64,000 nucleotides of DNA from an uncultured Candidatus Bathyarchaeia archaeon (GTDB lineage Archaea; Thermoproteota; Bathyarchaeia; RBG-16-48-13; CAYPFQ01): assembly GCA_964410135.1 (NCBI GenBank), contig CAYPFQ010000001.1, forward strand, positions 22,560-86,559, in the 5' to 3' direction. Below are positions 20,226-29,784 of the stretch, piece after piece. Every line of letters starts with the position of its first letter. Positions within the stretch are counted from its first letter, which is position 1. A program made the position numbers and the translations under genes. The notes beneath the pieces were generated by a model. It was not told the DNA's origin and did no database searches. It worked only from the letters and a program-made list of their open reading frames with translations.

Positions 20226-20494
20226 GGCTTCTTACCCCATAGGAGTCGATCAGTCTTCACATTTCTAATTTCTATAATCCTGTGAAATGGGATTATGGCT
20301 TCCTCTTCCCTGCTTTTATAGGTGAACCATGATGGACCAATCTTGGTGATGATGCTGCATGGCACAGTCATACGGTCTCTGGGCGCTCCTCTATGGATGA
20401 ACGTGATCTCATACTCCACTAGCCTTTCCCGCTCATCCCAAACGAGTTTGTTAAGGATCTGACGCAATGTCCTCGGGGGAGGCATTAGGCGCAC
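20222..20494 (-). CDS. small conserved hypothetical protein (UPF0248/DUF504-like), translationally coupled to nog1
   Basis: 90 aa, overlapping the nog1 start by 4 nt. It resembles small archaeal proteins commonly paired with Nog1 GTPases. Confidence 0.35.
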   Translation of the reverse strand: MRLMPPPRTLRQILNKLVWDERERLVEYEITFIHRGAPRDRMTVPCSIITKIGPSWFTYKSREEEAIIPFHRIIEIRNVKTDRLLWGKKP

Positions 20495-20558
20495 CTTTAA
20501 ACATAGTTCTAAGGGCGAATTTATATCATCATTTAATTAATCTTGAAATGATTAGCCT

Positions 20559-22652
20559 ATGCCTATCGCTAAAATAAGGAAGCGAGACGGAAGAATCGTC
20601 GATTTTGATTCCTCCAGAATTAGGGACGCGATTCACAAAGCTTTCATCGCAGTTGAACTTAAGGACGGAGAAAGGGCTGAAAGCATAACAAGCGAAGTGG
20701 TTAAGCTTTTAGAGGAAAAGTTTGAGGAAAGAATCCCATCGGTTGAAGATGTCCAAGACCTTGTCATCGAAGTTCTAAAGAAAAATGGCTACGCCAAAGT
20801 TGCAGCGGAATATCAAGATTACAGGAAGAAGAAAAAGGAAATAAGAGAATTAAAAGAGAAGCTTGGAATAGTAGCACCCAAGCTAACAGTAAACGCTCTC
20901 GAAGTTTTAAAGAAAAGATACCTTTTGAAAGATGAGACTGAAAGAATCATAGAAACTCCAGCTCAACTGTTCATGAGAATCGCCAAAGCCATAGCCGAAA
21001 TTGACGGAAAATATGGCGGAGACCAAGGGGAAAACGAAAAGATTTTCTATGAAATGCTGGCGGGGCTTAAATTTATCCCTAACTCTCCAACCCTTTTCAA
21101 TGCAGGGACAGAGATCGGCCAGTTATCAGCATGTTTCGTTTTACCTGTTGAGGATTCTCTGGAAAGCATTTTCACAACAGTAAAAAACATGGCGCTAATT
21201 GAACAGACTGGCGGAGGAGTCGGCTTCGACTTTTCTAGGCTAAGACCAAGTGGAGATATCGTCAGATCAACTAAGGGCGTTGCATCTGGTCCTGTAAGTT
21301 TCATGCGGGTTTTTGATATGGCTACTGAGATCATAAAGGCTGGAGGAAAAAGAAGGGGCGCTATGATGGGAATTCTAAGGGTTGACCACCCGGATATTAT
21401 TGAGTTTATAACTTCCAAACAAAAGCCGGGAATTCTTTCAAACTTCAATATTTCGGTTGCTGTCACTGATGAGTTCATGAAAACTCTTGAAGAAAACGGA
21501 GAATACTGGTTGATCAACCCGCGAAACAAAGAGAAAGTGCGGAAGCTTAAAGCCAGAGATGTTTGGAACTTGATGGCGAAGTCCGCATGGGAGAGCGGAG
21601 ACCCCGGAGTGGTTTTTATCGATGAAATTAACAGACATAACCCAACTCCTGAAATTGGAAGGATAGAAGCGACGAATCCTTGTGGAGAGCAGCCGTTGCT
21701 TCCCTATGAATCCTGTAATTTAGGTTCGATAAACCTTTCAAGGATGGTTGAAGATGGAAAAATTAACTGGGAAGAACTGAGAGAAACAGTGAGAAATGCT
21801 GTTCACTTTCTTGACAATGTTATAGACGTAAACAAGTATCGTTTGAAAGAAATAGAGGCGATAACCAAAGGCAACAGAAAAATAGGCTTAGGTGTTATGG
21901 GATTTGCCGACCTGCTCATAAAACTTGGGATTCCCTACAACTCTGAAAAAGCTCTGCAACTCGCTGAAGAGTTAATGAAATTTATTGAAGAAGAAGCTCA
22001 TAAGAAATCTGCAGAGATTGGTGAAGAAAGAGGTTTTTTCCCGAACTTTGAAAAAAGTATTTGGAAAGACAAGTATCGGGCTATGAGGAACGCTACAGTA
22101 ACAACCATAGCGCCAACAGGAAGCATAAGCATAATCGCAGGCTGCTCTTCCGGGATTGAGCCAATCTTTGCAATTTCCTTCATCAGAAATGTTTTAGGCG
22201 GAACCCGACTTTTCGAAACTAATCCCCTGTTCGAGATAATTGCAAAGGAAAGAGAGTTCTACAGCGCCAAACTTTTGGAAGAAATAGCGAGAACAGGTTC
22301 GGTTCAGAAGATCGAGAGGGTTCCTGAAGATGCTAAAAGCCTTTTTGTTACAGCTTTGGATATTCCGCCAGAATGGCATGTTAGAATGCAAGCCGTCTTC
22401 CAAAAGTATACCGACAACGCAGTGTCAAAAACAGTTAACCTGCCCTCCGAGGCGAGCGTTGAAGATGTCCGAAAGATTTTCGAGCTTGCTTGGAAACTGA
22501 AATGTAAGGGAGTCACCATATTCAGGTATGGAAGCAAGCCAGAGCAAGTTCTATACATTGGAGAAATAAAAACTGAGGAGAAACAATTTGTGGCTGCAGA
22601 ATCAGAGTATGCGGGTGGTTGCCCAACTAAAACTTGCCCATTCCCAGGCTAA
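20559..22652 (+). CDS. nrdJ: ribonucleoside-diphosphate/triphosphate reductase, adenosylcobalamin-dependent (class II) with N-terminal ATP-cone
   Basis: 697 aa. The ATP-cone is at the N-terminus (KIRKRDGRIVDFDSSRI). The catalytic NPCGEQPL motif and a class II C-terminal Cys-rich tail are present. Confidence 0.9.
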   Translation: MPIAKIRKRDGRIVDFDSSRIRDAIHKAFIAVELKDGERAESITSEVVKLLEEKFEERIPSVEDVQDLVIEVLKKNGYAKVAAEYQDYRKKKKEIRELKEKLGIVAPKLTVNALEVLKKRYLLKDETERIIETPAQLFMRIAKAIAEIDGKYGGDQGENEKIFYEMLAGLKFIPNSPTLFNAGTEIGQLSACFVLPVEDSLESIFTTVKNMALIEQTGGGVGFDFSRLRPSGDIVRSTKGVASGPVSFMRVFDMATEIIKAGGKRRGAMMGILRVDHPDIIEFITSKQKPGILSNFNISVAVTDEFMKTLEENGEYWLINPRNKEKVRKLKARDVWNLMAKSAWESGDPGVVFIDEINRHNPTPEIGRIEATNPCGEQPLLPYESCNLGSINLSRMVEDGKINWEELRETVRNAVHFLDNVIDVNKYRLKEIEAITKGNRKIGLGVMGFADLLIKLGIPYNSEKALQLAEELMKFIEEEAHKKSAEIGEERGFFPNFEKSIWKDKYRAMRNATVTTIAPTGSISIIAGCSSGIEPIFAISFIRNVLGGTRLFETNPLFEIIAKEREFYSAKLLEEIARTGSVQKIERVPEDAKSLFVTALDIPPEWHVRMQAVFQKYTDNAVSKTVNLPSEASVEDVRKIFELAWKLKCKGVTIFRYGSKPEQVLYIGEIKTEEKQFVAAESEYAGGCPTKTCPFPG

Positions 22653-22726
22653 CTTTAGGAGCTAAGTGTCTATTGTCCATTTCAATTAGATCGGAGAGAA
22701 TTGGAAGATGAGGAAGGAAACCAGGG

Positions 22727-23317
22727 GTGAAATACAATTTTACACCGCGCCGCCGAATATTCAGGCGGCTGTCCGGCACTATACTGTCCAATAGGTCGGA
22801 GACTGTGGGATATATCTACCTTTATACGGGTACTGGTGGTGGAAAGACCACAAATGCTTTAGGCTTGGCCCTAAGGTCTATCGGTCACAAGCGCAAAGTT
22901 GTGATCATCCAGTTTCTGAAATGGTGGAAAAATACTGGAGAATATAAAATAATGAAGCGACTTTCCCCCTACTATGAAATCTACCTATTTGGCAGAAAAG
23001 GTTGGAAAGGATTAGGAACGCTGGGGGAGAAAGACAAGAAACTGGCAAAAGAGGGCTTAAAATTTGCGGAGAAGGTACTCAAGGAAAAAAAGCCTCATCT
23101 TCTAGTTTTGGATGAGGTAAACTTGGCTGTGCACTGCAAACTTTTAGATGTTGACGAAGTAATAAAATTCCTGGATAAAATTCCAAAGAAGACCGATGTT
23201 GTCCTAACAGGAAGGTACGCTCCTAAGGAGCTTATAGAAAAGGCCGATTTTGTCAACGAAGTTGTGGGTGTAAAGCATCCAAAGGAATTAGTACTCACAA
23301 GAGGCATCCAATATTAA
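22727..23317 (+). CDS. cobO: cob(I)alamin adenosyltransferase (CobA/CobO/BtuR family)
   Basis: P-loop YTGTGGGKTTNALGLALRSIGHKRKVVIIQFLK matches the CobA family. It sits directly downstream of B12-dependent nrdJ. The true start may be internal. Confidence 0.75.
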   Translation: MKYNFTPRRRIFRRLSGTILSNRSETVGYIYLYTGTGGGKTTNALGLALRSIGHKRKVVIIQFLKWWKNTGEYKIMKRLSPYYEIYLFGRKGWKGLGTLGEKDKKLAKEGLKFAEKVLKEKKPHLLVLDEVNLAVHCKLLDVDEVIKFLDKIPKKTDVVLTGRYAPKELIEKADFVNEVVGVKHPKELVLTRGIQY

Positions 23318-23353
23318 CCTTAGTTGAATCCTCGATTTTAAGGGAACCTGGTA

Positions 23354-24055
23354 TTAGACTACTGTTGGCATATCTGTAGATGCCCTTTGTGCCTCTAACA
23401 CTTTATCAGCCATACGTTCTTCTGGAGCAGCTCCCAGAACCTCGACTTTCTCGTTGATGACTGTCTTAGGCACGCCCATCACAGCATATTTCTGTGTCAG
23501 CTGCGGGAACTCGGAGGCCTCAATCATATCCGCCTTTATCAACTCGTTCTCAATTGCAAACTGGTGCACAGTCCTCACAACGCTTGGGCAGTAGGGGCAG
23601 GTGGGTAGAACAAAAACTTGAATGTGAATTGGCCTATCTACTGTTTTCAATTTCGCCTTTGTTGTATCCAAAAGACTGGTGGTTCCTTTTGAGACATCTA
23701 TAATGTCATGTATAAATGCTGTGAACTCATAGCCAGAGGGAATTCCATAAAATCTTATTCCATAATCCCTTTTGCCGACAATTGCGATAGCTGGAATCCT
23801 GACAATTCCAAATTCCTTAACTTTTTCAGCGTGTTTCACAAAATCGTAGGCTTCAACCTTGATTTTTGGCGAGAGACTTGCAGCTTCCTCCACAATCTCT
23901 CTCGTTTCTTTACAAAAAGGGCACTCTATCTCCTGCGTAAATAAAACAACTCTGACCTCATCTACCATCGCTTGTTCAAGCTCTTTTTTCAAATGCTCCT
24001 TGACTTCATCAGGTATGATCCCCATCGTAATCACCATTAAACGGTTTAGGAACAT
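23354..24055 (-). CDS. pdo: protein disulfide oxidoreductase (two thioredoxin-fold units, CPFC and CPYC)
   Basis: 233 aa with two CxxC motifs (ECPFCKET and PTCPYCPS) in tandem thioredoxin folds, like Pyrococcus PDO. Confidence 0.75.
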   Translation of the reverse strand: MFLNRLMVITMGIIPDEVKEHLKKELEQAMVDEVRVVLFTQEIECPFCKETREIVEEAASLSPKIKVEAYDFVKHAEKVKEFGIVRIPAIAIVGKRDYGIRFYGIPSGYEFTAFIHDIIDVSKGTTSLLDTTKAKLKTVDRPIHIQVFVLPTCPYCPSVVRTVHQFAIENELIKADMIEASEFPQLTQKYAVMGVPKTVINEKVEVLGAAPEERMADKVLEAQRASTDMPTVV

Positions 24056-24078
24056 CCACCATAATAATATCTACTTTT

Positions 24079-25464
24079 TTATGAGGCGGGAGCAGCCTTT
24101 ACGCCCTCAATTTTAACCGCAGGGGTTATAGTTGGAAGCGCATGCCACGCCATTGCTTGAACAGCTTCTTTTCCAATTCCTCCAACATTGATAAGCCATC
24201 TAGGTAGGTTGTCGTAGATCCGCATCATCCCAACCGGATATTTGATCTCACCATTCTCAATTAGGAAGTTACCGCTTCTAGCGGTCGTTGAGAAGTCGCC
24301 CCGCTCTGGGTTAATTGGATATGTGTACCAAAGCCTACCTACAAGAATCCCATGCTTTGTTTCCTCAATTAGCTCTTCCATCGAATAACTGCCCGGCTTA
24401 ATGACAATGTTATGGGGGACAGGGAAGGGTATAGGATCATAACTTCTACCTATCGGATTGCCCATCCTGACGGCGTTTCCAGTGCTCTGTGTTTTGTCTT
24501 TGCTTGCGTAGAAAGTGTCATAGAGAAGGTTCTTGAAAATCCCCTCTTCTATGAGAGGGGTCCTTCTACTCGGAACTCCTTCATCATCAAAACTCTTGCT
24601 TCCAAGTCCGCCTGCGACTCGAGGGTCATCATATACCGTAACGCTGTCATCCGCGATTTTCTTGCCCAATTTTCCATAAAAACAACTAACTCTATCCTGA
24701 TAACCCTTGGAAATGAAGTGGGATGAGAATACGAAGGCTAAGACTTCACTAAAGGCAAGTGGTGTTAGCACGATACTATAACTATCTTCGTTAATGCGTT
24801 TGGGTTCAAGTGATTTCAAAGCCATATCTGCTGCGTTAATTCCCACTTGTTCAGCATTAAACTCTGAAAGAATTCGAGCGCCATCAAACCAGAATCCGCT
24901 CGCAACCGCAGACCCATCTCTAGCTTCGGCAGTAATTGTGCCAAGCACATAGCTAGCTTCTTCTTCAGCGTTTAATCCATGACTATTTGTGATCAGCACA
25001 TTTTCACGGACAACGTTCAGACTTCCGGATACATCTTTTATCTTCGCACCGCTCCCTAACGTTGAGTCCAGCATTTTAGATGCAATTACAACTGCCTCAT
25101 CTTCTGTCAACCTTGAAATCCTTTGATCCCAACACTCTGGGACTTTCTCGCACTTCTTAGGTTTAGGTAGCGATGTCCAATGCCCAGCTGGTCCACGAAT
25201 AATTGCCGAAGCTAACGCGTACTCAAGACTCTTCTTCAGATTATCTGAGGCCAGATTGGTCGTTGTAACTGATCCTATCGCTTTATTTTTAACTACGCGA
25301 ATCGCAATGCCTCGATCTCTGATACCTTTACTCTCAACGATCTGGCTATTCGCAATTCGAATCGTTAGAACCTCTTTATTCAGCGCGTAAACTTCTACTT
25401 CATCGAGCCCAAGGCTTTTGCCAATCTTCAAAGCATTCGAGCAAGCAATTTCCATCTCAACCAT
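24079..25464 (-). CDS. pmbA: TldD/PmbA-family metalloprotease component (PmbA/TldE-like)
   Basis: 461 aa with the TldD/PmbA fold and no HExxxH motif. It pairs with the adjacent tldD. Confidence 0.8.
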   Translation of the reverse strand: MVEMEIACSNALKIGKSLGLDEVEVYALNKEVLTIRIANSQIVESKGIRDRGIAIRVVKNKAIGSVTTTNLASDNLKKSLEYALASAIIRGPAGHWTSLPKPKKCEKVPECWDQRISRLTEDEAVVIASKMLDSTLGSGAKIKDVSGSLNVVRENVLITNSHGLNAEEEASYVLGTITAEARDGSAVASGFWFDGARILSEFNAEQVGINAADMALKSLEPKRINEDSYSIVLTPLAFSEVLAFVFSSHFISKGYQDRVSCFYGKLGKKIADDSVTVYDDPRVAGGLGSKSFDDEGVPSRRTPLIEEGIFKNLLYDTFYASKDKTQSTGNAVRMGNPIGRSYDPIPFPVPHNIVIKPGSYSMEELIEETKHGILVGRLWYTYPINPERGDFSTTARSGNFLIENGEIKYPVGMMRIYDNLPRWLINVGGIGKEAVQAMAWHALPTITPAVKIEGVKAAPAS

Positions 25465-25465
25465 A

Positions 25466-26893
25466 TTAAGTACTCCTAGTGCCTTGAACTATCGCAATCC
25501 CACGAATATGCGGCCCACCGTTTCCTACATGTAATCCCTGCATTGGATCTCCCTTGCCGCAGCTTGGGACTGGTCTGATCTGAAAATCTTTTCCAACGGC
25601 ATCAATTGACTTAAAGAATTCAGGCGCTATGCCTGCCACCGTGACATCTCTCAAAAGTTTTGTCAACTCGCCCTTCTCTATCATGAAACCCCATTGGGCG
25701 CTAATCTGCCAATTATATCGCCTCATATCGATGCTAGGTATCTTGTTACCTACCACGTAGACCCCTCGATGTACATCTTCCAGCATTTCCTCAAAAGTCC
25801 AGTCGCCAGGCTTGATGAAGGTGTTGCTCATCCGAATCAAAGGGACAAAGCGATAGGATGAGGCGCGCATACCCGCATTTGGTTTCACCCCGAAAATTGC
25901 GGCTGTTTCACGGCTGTGCATGTGGTTAGTTAGAATTCCGCCTTTAATCAGTTCTTTCTCCTCGGCTGGAACTCCCTCATCATCATATCTGTAATAGCCT
26001 AGGCCCCCCTCAATCCGAGGGTCATCTGACGCATTCAAAAACTCTGAGCCTACCTGCTGATAGAGCATGCCCTTCCACCAAGCCACCCCCGCCCAAGCCG
26101 CTTCTCGCCCAAGCACTCTGTCCGCCTCGGATGGATGCCCAAGAATCTCATGAGTAAGTAGCGCCACATAGTCCTGATCCAAAATCACTGGTAACCTCTC
26201 TGCTGATGGTGTGGGGGCTTTCAAAAGTGCAATCGCTTTCTTTGCGATATTTTCAGAAATCTCTATAGGGTCCGGCTCTATGATTCTCTCAACTCCGCCA
26301 GTACCGCCTTCTTCACGACCTACGGATTCGGTTAATCCGATCTGATGCGCGATAGCCTCGAGTCTTATGTAGCTTTTCGAATAATCGTAGCTTATGCGAG
26401 TGCCTTCAGTGCTATGGAAGAGTTTTAGGAGTCTATCCGTTCCTATGGCTACAGCCGCCTTATGGATCCTATCGCTTGTTTTTCGCATAGCCGAATCGCA
26501 GTCTTTCGCAAGTTTAACTCGTTCCTCGAGGGGATAGTCCTCAGGCTTTTGCTTCACTTTAACTATGTCTTTGTCTTCGACTACTTTCACGTCAGCAAGC
26601 CTAACTACTTCTCTAATCCGCGTATCTGATGCTTTCGCTAGCTTTACAGCCAGCTCGACTGCTTTCAAAACATCATTTTCTGTGAGCTTTGAAGTTGCAT
26701 AAAAACCCCAAGCGCCATGAGTTAATGCCCTTATTCCAGCGCCTTCATCTGTTCCTACAGCTACATGTTCAACTTTGCCATTTTCCAGTAGAAAGCTCTC
26801 GCCTACAGATTTTTCGATCCGTATATCTGCATAGCGCGCCCCCAGTTTTGATGCGTACGTCATCGCCTTTGAGGCTAAGTCTTCCAGCGACAA
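25466..26893 (-). CDS. tldD: metalloprotease TldD
   Basis: 475 aa carrying the HEILGHPSEADR catalytic motif of TldD. Confidence 0.85.
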   Translation of the reverse strand: MSLEDLASKAMTYASKLGARYADIRIEKSVGESFLLENGKVEHVAVGTDEGAGIRALTHGAWGFYATSKLTENDVLKAVELAVKLAKASDTRIREVVRLADVKVVEDKDIVKVKQKPEDYPLEERVKLAKDCDSAMRKTSDRIHKAAVAIGTDRLLKLFHSTEGTRISYDYSKSYIRLEAIAHQIGLTESVGREEGGTGGVERIIEPDPIEISENIAKKAIALLKAPTPSAERLPVILDQDYVALLTHEILGHPSEADRVLGREAAWAGVAWWKGMLYQQVGSEFLNASDDPRIEGGLGYYRYDDEGVPAEEKELIKGGILTNHMHSRETAAIFGVKPNAGMRASSYRFVPLIRMSNTFIKPGDWTFEEMLEDVHRGVYVVGNKIPSIDMRRYNWQISAQWGFMIEKGELTKLLRDVTVAGIAPEFFKSIDAVGKDFQIRPVPSCGKGDPMQGLHVGNGGPHIRGIAIVQGTRST

Positions 26894-26981
26894 TGTATGC
26901 TCCTCGATTTTGAGCTCTACTTAGAGTTATGAATATGAGATTTGCTTTAGGTTAAAAAAAGGAAAGATTTGGAAGTTGACG

Positions 26982-27425
26982 TCACTTCTTTTTAGCCAAC
27001 ACTGTTTCCCATGTGTATGCGTGATTTTCCTCGTCGGTTAGAATCTCTTCGAGCATCAGCCTAGTGGTCGTGTCTCCGATCTCCGCGGCGAGTTTAATGT
27101 GTTCTTTGTACAGTCTGATGGCGTCATTTTCGCTGCCTAAGTCATCTTGAACCATCTTCTTGAGGTCACCGCCCGTTTTGACTGGAGCCATCTTTATGGT
27201 GGGCACGCCTCCTAGATAATCGATCCTTTCAGAAAGCTTTTCCATGTGCCTCATCTCGTCTTTCGAGGTCTCCTCAAAGAGATCTGCTATTGCGGGGCTC
27301 TCCATGCCTGAAGCTAGTACATGATGGTATACATACTGCACTATAGCTCCTATCTCGCGGCTAAGATCCTCATTCAAAGCATCAATAATCCTTTTTTTGT
27401 CATTAGCACTCAGCAAGAAACTCAT
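26982..27425 (-). CDS. ferritin-like di-iron protein (bacterioferritin-like)
   Basis: 147 aa four-helix ferritin pattern with paired E...E..H ligand motifs (DEMRHMEKL, DEENHAYTWE). Confidence 0.6.
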   Translation of the reverse strand: MSFLLSANDKKRIIDALNEDLSREIGAIVQYVYHHVLASGMESPAIADLFEETSKDEMRHMEKLSERIDYLGGVPTIKMAPVKTGGDLKKMVQDDLGSENDAIRLYKEHIKLAAEIGDTTTRLMLEEILTDEENHAYTWETVLAKKK

Positions 27426-27551
27426 AGCTCAAACCTCCTTTGGATTAGAGTGTTATCAACCGCGATATTTTTGGCTTATCCCATTGGCTGAAAAAGTATA
27501 AGATTTTAATAGCCGCCCAGCATAAAAGCCCATGAAGTAGGAGGCGTAAGG

Positions 27552-28166
27552 TTGGCTCAAGCACCCGAAATGCCTTTGATTCCAGGTGCCACAACTATTG
27601 GGGTCGTCTGTGAAGATGGCGTAGTTTTGGCATCTGAAAAACGGGTGTCATATGGGTATCTCGTGCTCAGCAAGGCTGGAAAAAAAGTTTTCAAAATCAC
27701 TCCTAGCATAGGCGCTGCATGCGCAGGGCTTGTTTCAGACATGCAAATCCTAATCAACGAGATAAAAGCCTACGCCCACCTATTCGAACTTGATTACAAT
27801 AGACCGATCTCGGTCAAATCAACTGCTAAAATTATGTCAAACCTGCTTTTCTCAAGCAGATATTTTCCACTTCTAACTCAAACCATCGTCGGAGGCATGG
27901 ATGACGATGGTGCAAGCGTCTATGTTTTAGACCCTTTAGGCTCGCTGATTCCAGATAAATTTGCAGCCGTAGGCTCTGGCGCTGAGATAGCGGTTGGTGT
28001 GCTCGAATCCGCCTATAAAGATGGGCTAACAGTTGATGAAGCCAAAGAAATTGTGTTAAGAGCAGTTAAGTCGGCTATTTCTCGGGATGTAGCAAGTGGA
28101 GATGGTATAGATCTCCTGGTTATCACGAAAGAAGGAGTCGAAGAAGAGTCAAGGGAATTTAAGTGA
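27552..28166 (+). CDS. psmB: proteasome subunit beta (with propeptide)
   Basis: 204 aa. A propeptide is followed by the TTIGVVCEDGVVLASEKR catalytic Thr region. Confidence 0.9.
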   Translation: MAQAPEMPLIPGATTIGVVCEDGVVLASEKRVSYGYLVLSKAGKKVFKITPSIGAACAGLVSDMQILINEIKAYAHLFELDYNRPISVKSTAKIMSNLLFSSRYFPLLTQTIVGGMDDDGASVYVLDPLGSLIPDKFAAVGSGAEIAVGVLESAYKDGLTVDEAKEIVLRAVKSAISRDVASGDGIDLLVITKEGVEEESREFK

Positions 28167-29121
28167 ATGCCAAGCACTTCCCAAGCAGCTAGCTCAGGCT
28201 CTTAGAAAACAAAAATACCAGATAGTTGGAAGGCATTCTGCTGTTAAGAAATGTCGTTGGCTACATGAAAGCCTCGTTCATGAAAGAACATGCTACAAAC
28301 AAAAATTCTATGGAATCCAAAGCCATCGTTGCCTTCAGATGACGCCTGCTGTTGCCAATTGCACTATGCATTGCGTGTTCTGCTGGAGAACCCAGCCAGA
28401 TGACATAGGAGTAAACTGGAACGAGACTCGGAGGATGGCTTGGGACGGGCCAGAGCAAATTGTTGAAGGCTGCATTAAAGCCCAACAACGGATCCTAAGC
28501 GGATACAAGGCTCAAACACATATTGATAAAAAGAAACACGCTGAATCCCTGGTTCCAAAACATGTTGCCATTAGCCTAGCTGGCGAACCCACGTTATATC
28601 CCATGTTAGGTGGGTTAGTGAGCTTATTTCACAAAAAAGGAATGACTACGTTTATTGTCAGCAACGGCACAATTCCCAAAGCGTTAGAAGGTCTAGAGGG
28701 GGAGCCTACTCAACTCTATATCTCAGTTTGTTCACCAGATGAGAAGACATTCCGGGAAACCTGTCGCCCTCAAATTCCAAGCGCTTGGCAAAAACTAAAC
28801 CAGACATTAGAGCTTCTCAGAAGCTTCAAATGCCCAACTGTACTGAGGCTAACTCTAGTCCGCAACCATAATCTGAAGAACCCAAAAGGCTACGGCAAAC
28901 TCATCGAGAAAGCTAACCCAATCTATGTCGAGCCAAAAGCATTCTTTTACGTCGGCTACTCTAGAATACGGCTCACATATGAAGATATGCCGACTTACGA
29001 TGAGATAAAAAAATTTGCAAAACAGTTGTCAGACGAAACTGGATACAAAGTCATTGATGAATCTGCTGACAGTCGTGTCTTGTTGCTAAGTCGTCTGGAA
29101 AAGGCTATTAGGTTAGCCTAG
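28167..29121 (+). CDS. taw1: 4-demethylwyosine synthase Taw1/TYW1-like radical-SAM protein; the 5' ~57 codons are in the +1 frame with no in-frame canonical start (apparent frameshift)
   Basis: The ATG ORF at 28339 starts at MTPAVANCTMHCVFCW. The same frame upstream encodes LPKQLAQALRKQKYQIVGRHSAVKKCRWLHESLVHERTCYKQKFYGIQSHRCLQ, which matches the Taw1 N-terminus. That frame has no ATG, GTG or TTG back to its stop at 28108. The ATG at 28167 sits in the adjacent frame 7 nt before LPKQ. I do not see a confident CxxxCxxC radical-SAM motif. Confidence 0.6.
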
Positions 29122-29151
29122 TTTCAACATTCTTTCGGCGAGTGAAACACA

Positions 29152-29784
29152 ATGTCACTAAAGCGGGTTATCCATGACATACGCGTTGAACTAAAGGCGA
29201 AGGATCGTGTTAGGGAAGAGGTTCTAGCAGTTTCCCGTGAAATTGTCCGCTTATCTTCCGAAGCAATACTCTCAACTCATCGAAACGATTACGCTGGTGC
29301 GAAGAGGAGGCTGGTTCAAATTAAGAAGAAGATTGACCGTATGGATAAGCTGTTGCAGGGCTGGCCCGAAATAGCCCACAGCGGCGCAGTCTATGCGGCG
29401 TATCAAGAGTTCGCTGAAGCCGCCCTCCTTCTAAACTTCATTGCAGAAGATAAATTTCCAAGCCCTGAGGAACTGGGCATACCTTCCATACCATATGTTC
29501 TAGGATTAGCTGATATGGTCGGTGAACTGAGGCGAAAGGCCCTAGACTCGATAAGGGTTGGAGATCTGAAAACAGCGGAAAAATGCCTCGTTGTCATGGA
29601 AGATGTACAGAATCTGCTCATGACTCTCGAACATGCACATGTAATAGCTAAAGGATTAAGGAGAAAAATCGATGTAGCCAGAAAACTTATCGAAGAAACG
29701 AGGGGAGATGTCACAACAGAAGCGAGACGTAGCCTACTTGAAAAATCTATTAAAAAATTAGAGAAAACGGTTTGGCGAGGATAA
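29152..29784 (+). CDS. translin-family protein (archaeal translin homologue)
   Basis: 210 aa, all-helical, with the LGLADMVGELRR motif resembling the translin/TRAX core. Confidence 0.5.
   Translation: MSLKRVIHDIRVELKAKDRVREEVLAVSREIVRLSSEAILSTHRNDYAGAKRRLVQIKKKIDRMDKLLQGWPEIAHSGAVYAAYQEFAEAALLLNFIAEDKFPSPEELGIPSIPYVLGLADMVGELRRKALDSIRVGDLKTAEKCLVVMEDVQNLLMTLEHAHVIAKGLRRKIDVARKLIEETRGDVTTEARRSLLEKSIKKLEKTVWRG

Noticed and set aside
26973-26988. GAAGT-TGACGTCA-CTTC palindrome (CRE-like)
   Set aside because: It overlaps the stop codon of the ferritin-like gene and is followed by an A/T-rich run consistent with a simple terminator-region hairpin. There is no second copy and no regulator context.
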